In this document: one piece after another, positions 1-12,400 of the stretch
Layout: each line of letters opens with the position of its first letter
How positions within the stretch are numbered: position 1 is the first letter of the stretch
Assembly: GCA_051294905.1 (NCBI GenBank)
Contig: CM119383.1
Coordinates: forward strand, 9,052,001 to 9,116,000
DNA from: Botryllus schlosseri
Taxonomy: Eukaryota
Reading direction: 5' to 3'
Length of the DNA stretch: 64,000 nucleotides
Made by a program: the position numbers and the translations under genes
The notes under the pieces: generated by a model
The model's database searches: none
Seen by the model: only the letters and a program-made list of their open reading frames with translations
Told to the model about the DNA's origin: nothing

Positions 1-14
1 CATGGCATATATTG

Positions 15-164
15 CATTCTCGGTAATGTCCATTCTCGGTGGTGTCCATTCTCGGTAATGTCCATTCTCTGTGGTGTCCATTCTCGGTAATGTCCATTCT
101 CGGTGGTGTCCATTCTCGGTAATGGCATTCTCGGTAATGGTTTTCTCGGTATTGTCCGGACACC
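15..164. repeat. 16-bp minisatellite with alternating A/B units (32-bp higher order), probably the end of a modular non-autonomous element
   Basis: CATTCTCGGTAATGTC and CATTCTCGGTGGTGTC alternate six times, followed by three degenerate units and CGGACACC. Confidence 0.85.
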
Positions 165-210
165 ATAAGATGTACCACTTCCATATTCAATGATTATGTG
201 TTTTATTCAG

Positions 211-489
211 GCAAGGAAAAATGTGTGTGTTCTTGGTCGGAATGGATGAATGCAGGCGGAGTATCAGAGGATGGTAGCGAGGACGAAACCTACACCGTGC
301 TTCGAGGAGAAGGATATAAGTTTTGCAAATCCCCAGTGGATATACAGTGTTACAATCATGAGTTAGAGCGACTTGTGGAGTCTACCAGCAACATTATATG
401 CGACGTAAATTTGGGAGCCAAATGCACTTTTCTCTGTGATGATGTCTCCGTACGAGTTGCATGCTGCTATTGCCCACCAGATACTATAG
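211..489 (+). CDS. Exon encoding a mucin-type WxxW (Mucin2_WxxW-like) domain
   Basis: ttcag|G acceptor and G|gtaagg donor, phase 1-1. Translation [52 protein letters not shown] fits the WxxW domain pattern. Confidence 0.8.
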
Positions 490-3400
490 GTAAGGTCTCA
501 TTTTTGCCATCACGGGTTTGAGATCCAAAGTAGGCCTAATGACATGAACGTTCGCACCCAATCATTTATTGTAACAAGGCCAAGTTTGTATACAATCGTT
601 ACGTGCAATAGAGATCAATAGATATTTTCAAAATTGCAAGAGCAGTTCAAATTGATGGCTGCAGCGAGAATGGCCTCCTAATTGCAATAACTTTTTATTG
701 CACCCGCTTATCATTCCTGTGAGTTATTATAAGCCTTCTAGCAATCATTACTGCCCAGATGATAATTTTAGTAATTTGCAGGTGGCGAAGTATTGATTGC
801 CAGATATTACCTGGTGCTGGGAACTATTGACTCAATTACACATATGTTTGTAATTGTACTGGGTCAGTCCTAGGGATAGGTGTCACACTTTATGATATAG
901 GTAAACCCTATGAAACAGTTCAAATGAATTGTCTCATATTTGTAAGGTTTGATTGGTGCAGTTTATCAATTGCCGATGCAGACAGTGGGGGCACTTTGTG
1001 CCCTTAAGCCTATTGAATAATGCATACACGGCAAATGCTCTCGAAATCTGGTTTATTATGCCCATATCGCAATAGTATTTCTGTTTGAGCCATATCGAAC
1101 ATTCCAGTTCTCTTGATCGGATTTATGAGAGTAATAATAGCGACACTTACCGTCTCAAACATTGTGGTGTTGGGGGCGTAGAAATCGGCGCCTAAGCAGT
1201 TGTCATCGGTCATATCACGTTGCAAAGATCGCACTATTCGCCATCGCACGGTACCTTACGAAAGCCGCAATCATTTTGATTCGTATCAAGTCCCGCCGCG
1301 ATCTAATTATCCAGCTGTCACTATGAAATAGTTTATTCCATGCGTCGTTTATGCTATTTTGTCGCCGCTGTCGGTGGGTAGTAAAGAGGTCACCCAGTTG
1401 CGGAAATGGTCCTCTCCTATTTCGCACAGCAAGACGCCATGTAACAATAAAGCATCGCTGAAATTCTCGAAATATCGTTTTTTGGCTGGTACGGATATGA
1501 TTCCTTTATGCTTTCGATTGTAAACGGAAGAGTATTCTAATATCCTATCGGCGGGTATGTTTCTTCAGCTGGGTTCTTATGGTGACTTTGTGAGATTACA
1601 ATCGCGGCGCGTTGTGATTTCGAGTTAAGGCAGTCGTAATGTTGTAGTACTGGACGGTTGTCGGACGATCAATAGTTTTCCTGAATTTGTAGTCTTAAGC
1701 CGGTGTTTATACGGAGTTTTTGTGTAAGTTTACGCCGCGGTTACGCCATCTCTTGAAAGCGATCGTGATTCACGGACATATTCCTACGGGCGGCTTTGCG
1801 ATGAATGCCCGGAGTATTGTGAGGCGTAAAATCCTGCCTGTAGCATTTAATTTGACCCGCCAACCGTGTCGCACGAAACGCTGCCCGTACGCCAATATCA
1901 ATACGAGCCGTACGCAGAACAAATACATCGGCGAATTATCGCCGCTGGTCTGAAATCAGCTTATAATATATCCGAGATGAAGTTTTGTGTTTACATCCGT
2001 AAGTTCTATCTCGAGTGCTATACGCCCGCCGAGTTGTGGCGCGTAAGAGATCACTTCACGTTTTTGAATAGGCCCGCTCGTAAACTTTGTCGCCGTTTCC
2101 CGATCCACGCCCGTCGGCCAAGTGATTTTCGATGATAACCGTGCGTGCAGTATGCATGGATTATAACACCAGCGCTGCTGTGCCGGGATATTCGATGACG
2201 GATCGTGTCCTAATTTTCAACGTTCGCCTTGTACGTTCGTGTTTGTGGTTGTGGTGACGTAAATAGATGGAGCACACGTTTCAACGTCCTCGCGCTTGCA
2301 ACGATTCATCATAATTTGGCCGAAGTCTGCCGATTAATTTTCGCGCGGATTATGCCCCCGTGTTCTAGTGGTCTGCGTTGGGCTAGTAATTACGGCCTGG
2401 CAAAATCGAATGTTCGAGGATCACTGAACATAGCGCCATAACGGTAATAAAGACTTGATAAGTTCAAACATGTATACTTCTCTTTTGTGGCCACAACCAA
2501 AATGATGTAAGTTTCACGATGTCCTAAATAACTTCGCGCTTTTGAACCATGACTTGCGCATCGCTTTATGGCCGTTGTGAGGTTCGACCAATACTATCGC
2601 TCCGTGAATATTCGTAACATGTTTTTAGAGACTAATTAAATATTTCTCTTGGCTTAAACCCGTATATTTTCGAGTATCGAGTTTATCACGCTCTTCATAT
2701 CAAATATACTTTATTACTTTCTTCCCGTCGTGGGAGGCTTTGAGGTTGGAAGTTGGAACCTCGAACCACGGCATCCAAAACATTTAGCATGAGGCTACGA
2801 AAATTCGTCTGATATTTGATTCATTTTCGTCTGTTATTTGGGAGACATCAACCCGATACGCGGTAGAAAGGCCTTTGGGCATCAAGAGACCTTTGAAATC
2901 ATTAGTCGAAACTCTCGTTAAACATAATGCAGTCACCAACATCATGACGTCGTCTTTGAACACTTGAACAGTTACGTATTCTCGTTGCTGAAATATTACG
3001 GTGCGCCTCCAATCTCCATGTTTTCCTATGGCTGCTCTGAGCTACTCAATACCGTTATCGCCGTGAAGTTATCTGTTTCCTATCGTGTTTCGAACATCGG
3101 AAATTTATCGCGGTCATTAATTTCCGGGCGAGGAAGGCAATTAACCGGTCGGCGATGGAATATTTGCGTTTGCAAGCTCGCAACTCCCCGGAATTTCTCG
3201 ATTTGTCGCGTAAATCGCGTTCGCTCATTTTCGCGAAACGGTGCGATTTGTCGAGCACTCTCTGCGACAGAATCAACGCTGATTAAGAGGTCGAAAGTGA
3301 ATTCGGTATATGAATTTGGCGCCGGCTAAATTCGACACTTGGTAAAATTGAAACTTTGTGAGTTCGGCATTTTTAAAATTCGGCACTTGGCGAGTTTGGG

Positions 3401-6400
3401 TCACCTTCGGATCTGTGATGACCTCCTTATATCACAATTCACGCTATGAAGAGACTCTATGACTTACATAACTTCAATATACAATTGAGTACCGTAATAT
3501 ATTCATATTGAGATATACCCGAATATTTTCGCTTGTCAGGGGTAATCATCAGCTCTCACGCTCGCGTTCAGTGAAACATTCACTTGTAATTCATTATTAC
3601 AATATTGATGCATCGCTCTCGTACATTTATAATGACGAATCGAACACATGCAGTCAATACACAAAAAGTGTCGAGTCCCGAATTCAACATGCCGTAGTCA
3701 CCAAATGCAGTATCTCACATATTCAGTCAAAATGTTCATTTTCGAATTTTTCCATACAACATTGATGTATCATATTCATTATAATAAGAGTTATTACATT
3801 TCTAATGACGAATCTACCAACTGCCGCATTCACTGGCGACCGTTTCAGTACGTCAATTCCGGTTGTTTGCATTGATTTCCATCCGCACGGCCTCGGTCGT
3901 TGACCTGGTGGCTTCGCGACTTTAAATCCCGCCGAGAACAATGCAGTTTAGGCCAGTTTGACCGCCGCATCGAAAGCCAACTTCCGGAATTAGCGAGTCA
4001 CCGCGTCGCTATTTTCCGCGTCGAGTTCCGCTCGGTCTGACCGCGCAACGCGACGAGTTCACGCGAAGTAGCGGGCGACAAGGTTTTCGCCCGTCGTCAG
4101 ACGCCAGTCCATCGTAAACCGCCGTTCACGATCGCGATATTTGTTGCGTGGGAAATGTATGTTAGGCCACCAGTGAATTTGGCACTACAAATGACACGGA
4201 TTCCATTATTTTTGAAGGGATGCATTGAGTTGATAAACTCGAGAATGAATGTTTTACTGAATATGAGCGTAAATTTTGATATACGTCACTTGATGAATTC
4301 AGCAAGTGGTATGTATGTATTAATTAATGTGTTTGGGGCATTGGTTAGGGTCGGATTAGATTAGTATTAGCATTAGTGGCCGCCAATTGTCGAATTCAAC
4401 AGTAAACTTTGACAACGAATCATTCCCGTTTTGCGGTGTTCGACTTATTTTCAAGGAAAAGTCAAGTATCTGTGTGATTCGAGTATGGAGTATCACTTAT
4501 TACGACGCAATAACAGTGATATTTACTTTACTTGTTCCAAGATGTATATCTTTTCTTTGGGCCACACGCCATGCAAAATCAATTTGTATTTCTAGAGCAT
4601 GACTATTTCGTAGCGCTATGTGGTCGATCTTTGCTATACGGAAATGTCGTTCCGTGAATATTCGCAACCTTGTCCTACATGTTTGTCGGCGCTGAGATGC
4701 GGTTGACCGAGGTTTCGAGGCTCCCACGGCGGAACTAAACTTTTTGAACTACATTTCTCGCCGTTAAAGTACCGGTACTATTGGTGTGAAACCGTGTATT
4801 TTCGTTACTCGCAAAAGTATTCACTCTAGTACTCAATAGTTGTTCGCAGCCCTCATTTTAAGCTTGTTTCGTTTTCGTGCGTTCCGCGCGACACGATGCC
4901 GTCCTGTTACGCGGCGTTGCTTTTTCGACAAAGGCCTGTCTGGGAATGAACGCGGCATGAAATATCAGTTGGCTATCGCCGGATAGCTCCGATTTCCGCC
5001 CATATCCAACTCTCCGCATGCGGTACTTGCGGTTGAGTCGTGATTCCTTCACTTTTCACACCCGCGATCAATCCACGGCCTCCACAATAGCGCTTTGTGT
5101 GTCTACGTCAGAACCTCCTTTGTTAAATTTGCGTTGGAAATATCGCGCTTCTGGCCGAGCCGTTAGATTACACCGACGCGTATTACTTATCGACGGGAAA
5201 CGGCGTTAATCGCGAGTCCGATAAATCCCACTGTGGAAGACTCCGCAGATTATGACCGCGGGACGCAGATTATGTGGCACACTGCGACTTGTTGATGGCG
5301 CTGATCAAAGCGGGATTATTCTCATTACGAGTATGGCCGCTGGTTTTTCAGCTACAAGGAATATGATCCTCGGTAACGCCCTATCTTTGCGATTGACAAT
5401 GTGTTGCGCTATGTAGCAGTGTTGTGATCTATTTCCTTGGTCGGCTTTTCAGTGACACGGATAACGTCCTTATAAATGCTTTCAAAACAGTGGGCACATG
5501 GGTTACTAAAATAGGTCCATTCAAGTTGAGAGTCCCTGTATTTTCCAATAATCTTCTTCCATAGGGCAGTGCGGTGCAGGTTTGGGAATAATCTATTTAT
5601 ACATGAAACAATGGAATTGCAGTATCCCATCATCCAATTCTTTCAAAGTTGATCAATTACAATTTGCGATATTTCATTCTTGAGGTATCGTAAGCAGACA
5701 CTAAAGAATAGCTGTGCTTGGTTGGCCAAATCTGTGTCACCTGGATGCAAATTTTGCATGTCTGAATCTAAATTTCTGCTCAACCTCGCGGGGTATACAA
5801 TTTCAATTTATGATAGGGATACGGTATTAGTTAGGTACGGTGCCGTGAATAGAGCGAATTGAACACTCCCCTTCAATTTGTCACCTTTTTTCCACTCTCA
5901 ATGAAATGTAGGTTCTAGTGTGACTTTGTATTGGAAAATTGATTCAAAATAGAGCATGTAGCTTCCTCAGAAGCAAATGAGGCAGAGTGAAACTCCCAGT
6001 ATCATATTAGATTGACAAGTTACGAACATTATTCCGTTAAAGGGCTTGAATATATTGTCACTCATTCAAATTTTCTTTTTTATACTACACATTCACACTT
6101 ACATAGCGCCGATTCAAATAAAACACAATTCGGCCCTGGTATGACGGCTTCAACTACAGCAGTAGCCGACTGACAAATCAGCGCAGAATATATGTCCTAG
6201 AAATTTCCGGACCGAAACACTGGACATTGATGTGTAAATTCCCATTGTCCGCATAGATGCGGGTAACTCGCAAAATGACTCAAATTCCTATAGTTGTTGG
6301 AAGATCCTTGAATGTCTTCCCCCAATTTACTGTTTCATAGCCTGTATCAGATTGACTTGAAATGAGATTTTCCTGAAGATAAATTGTACCTGATATAGCC

Positions 6401-9400
6401 GCAGTTAAGTTTTTCACATTTTCCTACTTACCACAGGTCCTGAATTTCTTATCGCTTCACGGTCCTCCTCCGGTGGATGTTTGTCGGCGCCTCCTTACGG
6501 AAACACGTCAGCCGTCGTGGTCGCTGACGATTGTGATATAAATAACAAGAAACAGCAGTGGGCTTGGGTTTCGAGCAAGTCTATAAAAAACGTGGCGACC
6601 CAGCAGTGCTTGGCCTTCGTCGACAATGGTGTTTCGCTGCAAAACTGTGAAACTGGCTCTCGGACACAAAAATGGAAATACATTGATCGGAACTCGCTCA
6701 TTCAAATATACGACCGCTCAGGGTCTTACCTTCATAAGTCCGGAGGCTCTGTCGCCATGATGTCAAGCCGAGATCAGGACAGCAAATGGATCGCGCGAGT
6801 GGCGGAGGGTGAAACCGGCCTAAAGAATATGCGCTGTGAGTGTGACTGGGTGTCTTGAATTGAATAAAGTCTGCAGATTGATATCATTTGACTCGACCAC
6901 TGTTTTAACTCTATGTGGTAGGCCAACAGACTGTTTAAATGCATAATGCAGTATTTTGAAATCAGATTTTTCATCCAGTAAATTCACAATGGATATCATA
7001 CTATTGCAGGGGTTTTCAGCTTTTTTATGGTAGCGACCCAACTTCCAATTTGAAAATGTTGATCGACCCACTTCTAAAGATGTTGGAAAAAGAGAATCAG
7101 CACCTTTGCCAAGACCAAGTATTTGGTGGGAAGCTGATTAATAAAAACAAAAATCAGCACCTCTGCGACCCCCAGGTTGACAACCACTCTTCTAGCGGAC
7201 TTGTAATGAATTTTTGTTCCGTCAATTCAAAGTCTACTTGCCCTGGTACGCGGCTAATTTTATTTCACTTGCATTTGCAAGCAACATCTGTTCCTTTCCT
7301 GGTGAAATAAAGACGGCACAGGTAGCGTTAATTCAATTAATAGTAGGCTTTATCAACCATAATATTGGGATTTTCAAAGGTTTTCGCTGCTTGATGTGAC
7401 TGCATGAAAGATCATCGTTGCTGTTAGCGTAGTTGATTCTAAAACCGGGGGGGCCATTACGTCAACGTTTTCATTGACCTTCTCTGTTGTTCTCATCGTA
7501 TCTTCTCAAAAGTTCACAGACGTCCATTAAAACGATGACGGTAGTTGCGACCATGTCATATCTCGTCTATTGCATGTCAATTGCCTTGTATTACTTCCTC
7601 TGTGACGGTTATCAATTACTTGTTCAGATCCGAAGTGTGCTTCTCTCACGAAGCCGACTGACGGCAACTATTCATGCACTTTGGGAGATCACGTGTCGTC
7701 TGAATGCACATTTATATGCGATTATGGATATCGCTTACCGGAAGGTGCACCGGCTGCGTCGGAATGTACCGAGGACGGTTTCTTTCCGGAAGAGCCTTCC
7801 AACTGCAAAAGTAAAAATGAATTCATCATTTAATGTATTCGTTTTAATATCGTGTGTCAAGTTATCGCACTCGTGGCAATTTCCAGTTTCTAGATGAATA
7901 GTTTGAAATTTTGCAGTGTTGAGTTAAAGTAGAAGTATAAAATGATGCATAGGTCATAAGTTTCATGGTCAAGTCGTTTCAGATCATGCGATGCTGGCTT
8001 GTGCTCTGCAAATGTCAGCAACGATGTTCGGAAATATTTGTGATTAACAGGAATAGTGCCACAAAGATTATTTTTGATTATTTTCTATCTCAGTGAAATG
8101 GAAGAGCTCTATGATGAGTAGTTGCCATGGTAACAACACCCATCAAGGCCGCTGATTATCTTTGACTAAATTATCTTTCACTTCATCAAATCAGACAAAA
8201 TGATAACTGGGTGCCTAAATCCGGAAATTGGATGAAATAAAATAATGCACTAGTCAAAGATAGTTGCACCAGCAGTAGAAATGCAAGTTAATTGCTATAT
8301 TACTTTGTCCTGGGTTGCTAATATTGTATGTGAAGAGCTTCTTGGAGGTACAGAACTTCAATATACAATTGAATGATATATTGATATTGAAATGAACCCG
8401 AATATTTTCGGCTGACACTCGTCAAGGGTAATCGTCAGAAACTAGTAGAGAATTGGAAAGAACATTGTATATCAACAATCTATTACAAAGTATGACATCA
8501 CAGCCCACCGGCATGAAGTTTTGAAATAATCATAATCGAGGCGAAGAGAGCGCTAAAGCTCTATGTACTATTTTCGGGTGGTACAAGAAGTCCTTCTGTT
8601 GGCACAGACTAAGTAGGCTTATTTTGATAAGAGTCTATTCCAAGGCACCCAAATGAAAGTGAATGAACTAATATGTGAATGAATGAATGTTAGAGTACTG
8701 GTATATGATTGTTTACTTACTTCATGGAATATTTGTAATCATCAGGGATATTCATAGTGTTGCATAACTTTGACTACTGACATGAAGGTGTTTATCATTA
8801 GTAGGCCTACCAGTATGCATTTGTTCTTTCGTCTCATGAACGTTTGATCCAATGAATTCAGTGCTAAGCTCACAAATGGAAGTCTAATGTAAAGAGGTGG
8901 TTTTCCCCTCTCAGTTCTGCTCTGGTGCCTGCTGTTTTGTGAACAAGTTAATATTTGCTAAAGCTATAGGGGTACAGGTACATAAATGCAAGCTGTGGAA
9001 ATTGGTTGTTATACACAGCCAGCGATGGAGTGTCAAAATATACATAGTAATTTCAATGTTTGACTTTTGAAATCACCGTATGTGGAAGTGGCAGAATATC
9101 TTGTGATAATATCAGGACATGCTGTCTAGTATGATGTCATGTGCAAAAAATCAGATCTACTGTAGATAATGTTGCTAGGTCACTACATTCAGGGCTATAT
9201 AACAAGGGAGAGTTAATATCTTTGCAATATTTATCGTCCATCATTATCCATGAAGGCAGGGGATTAATATTATCATCCTTGCTGGGTTACTGGTGAATAT
9301 GATAATCTCCACCTAATCACTTTGTAGGTGTAGTGGGTGTGTTGTACCTCTTTGTCCCTAGTAATAAGGCAGGCTTGGTTAACATTCCACAGATTTTTAG

Positions 9401-12400
9401 AGTTTATACCGCTCTCTGATCGTTTCTACACCATTGTATGCATGGCGACTGAATTCTTTGTGAAAAGAAGTTCAGTATATTGGATACTTTGCTTTTTCTG
9501 GCGAATGCTCAGACATTCTGTACATCAATATTTATTGCCAAACAAACACTAAATTCTTAAAGACGCTGTATCTGATTCATTTGTTTGCTTTTGAAGGAAT
9601 CGAATGTCTGCCGAACGTCGACACTGTCGAACATGGTTCGGTGACATGCTCGAAGAAAAACCACTTGGATTCCGTCTGCACCTTCAGCTGCGGTGAAGGT
9701 TATGCTCATATTGGAAGCCAGGAAATTACTTGCAAGCAGGATGGTCAATGGAACCAGCCGATGCCCATCTGTAAACGTAAGTTCCTTGACTTCCGTGCAA
9801 ATCTTGTCGAAAACTCCGTTTGTCACTGTAAAACATGACTACTTGAGTGCTTGTGAAAAGTAGAATTGCTTTCGTTTTGCCAGAATCAGTTGTTTTTCCT
9901 ACAAAACAGAAAGTCAATAGACAAGTTAAACTAAGTTGCTTATCTCAATGGTACTTTCCTCAGCCTGGTGTTCTAGGATTAGTGAGTCAACCAAAGATTA
10001 ACATCTTTGGAAATCCTGAAGGTGTTTGATGTTGTCTTAATATAGTATTATGTCATAGGGTATTTTATGTGTGTGTGTTTAATATATATGTTACTTACTT
10101 TTGATTTAGTATGTTATACTGACTTTTGGTATGAACTGCATTAAGCTTTGGCTTATTAGTTGTTAAGTACCTAAATATGACACTGTCATTGTTTTACTGT
10201 ATAAAACAATTGAGAGAAATTGTAGATTGGTAGAATGCTAAGCATCCATGCTTCTGAAACATTTGAAGTGAATGGGAGTTGGAAGCATTTGGAATCGTCT
10301 TCATAACTGTATGTTTGAAATTTGAATGAACATGTACAAATATTACATTTACGAAAAAATTCGCAAATCAAGAACTCTGCTTTCCATTCGTTCTTACCTT
10401 TTCGAAGCATCGATGTTTTATCGATGATTTCATATTTTGCACAGCTTTTTTTTACTCAACAAGACAGTATACAATATAATCAAACAACACAACACATTAA
10501 TGAATCCAGTCTACCTTGGTATGAATGGGTTGTAATTTAGAAATACTGTTTTTGTATTGATCACGATCAAATATCAATATTCAAAGTTACCCCACAAGTA
10601 ACGGTAGACCGTAGTACCAGGAGGCCACAAGTCCAGAACTCGGGACTAGAGCATTGTGCACCACATGTTGGCTTCAACATAACACAATTTTTGTTCAAAA
10701 GTCATAGAAACAATTTTTCAAGGATGTGTTAGTAAAGTGGAATAGAGTTTAATCTAGAAATGTTGTCCTTATTATATGAAGTTACTGATGTCAATATGAC
10801 GTACCTAACTTGAAATGTAAAGCAACTGATGTCCTGTAATATGCTCCAGGGCATTCTTAATGAAACATTGTATTCCCATCAAAGTACAAGTAGATGCTTT
10901 CATAGATTACAACAAGTCTGAATAGGTCTACTTCCGATATGTGTCAGATATAATCTACCGCACAATCACAGTGTCCGCTCAATTTGTATGTGTAATTGTT
11001 TGGTCTTGTTGCAATGATTGTAAGATATGCAAGGCCCACAGAAAAGTTGTGGGAATTTATAGCAACAAGGGCATCAAGAAGAGTACCTTTTTATTCAACT
11101 TAGTGGATCTTGTGTCAACAACTTGAATGCATCCGGTTGGGTTGCTCTGTTGTATCGGTGGAGGAATTTGCTTGAAGAGTCTGTACACTGCATGCTTGAG
11201 TGTACTTGTTCAAGAAACGATATACAGCGAGTCAATAAATAATCTTAAAACCGTGAATCACACTCACCTGTTTGAGTTGACCCGTGTAAAAGCGGGAATT
11301 GAAGTCGGTGGTTGCAGAGTAAATGAGCCTGCTGATTTTACTTGTTGTGGTTGGCTAATATTTCCTGCCGTTACTGAACACAGTGAACAGAATGAAAAAT
11401 TCTGCTGTACACATTTTTGTATATTCAACAGTAGGCTACCATCAAATGTTATTCACAATGTGTGTTTTATTGTGTTGGCAGCATTGTAAGCAAGTTTGTT
11501 CGTACCATGAATGTATTCTGTTGATAGCACCTGAATTGGTTTATATTTTTTAACTGTGCCATTAAATGGTGGAAGAGTAATGTATTTTCAACAGTTACTT
11601 TATTCATTTTATCAATATATACTAGTTAAGATATTGGGTAGCTTCTTTTGTGACATTATACTTCAGCTGTTCTTGTGGCTTAGTAAATAGGTGATCGGTT
11701 GAAAGTCTTTCATTTGCGTAAGGGAAATCTGTTGATATCTTTCCTGCATGGTGTTGGAAAATATATCGGAATCAACCACATTGCAGAGATAACAAGCTCC
11801 TATCATAGAGCTATGTGTTATTAATTCTCAAACAGTCTAAAATACGTATATACTTGAATTAGATGTGATATACCCATTGAAACGCATCGCATGTCTACGT
11901 GACTTGACCATGTATCAAAACTACTTTGACATGCTCCAAAGCTATATCCTGGACTTGTTAGTACTGAAAAAGCATGATATATAATTAATTTATGTATAAT
12001 TATTATGAACTCATGATCAAAGATTGTACTGTGCAGCACCCACTGACTACACTCTGAAACTCAAGCACCTGCAAATGTCATGATTATTCAGAAGGGGATC
12101 AGATAATATTTCTATTTTTCTATGGTAATCATAAAATTCTGAGTGACGGGAATGAACAGAATTTAGAGCTGACAATAAGCCATGTTGCTTTCGTTTTATG
12201 CAGAGATCATGGGTGAATTTTGATTCTTGTCACGCACACACACAACATGATATTGTTACCAGTGTTAGGCCTATCCAAGACCTCACTCTGTCCATTGACG
12301 ATTGTTATGATGGAGTCTTCGCTTCTCTGAGATAGATGGCTAGGAATGGACAGAATCGAGTGCCTGGGAATTTCATTCTGGAATTGTTAAATGTATCGAC

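Noticed and set aside
15-156. CRISPR-like array
   Set aside because: The units are contiguous with no unique spacers, the context is a eukaryotic intron, and there are no cas genes.
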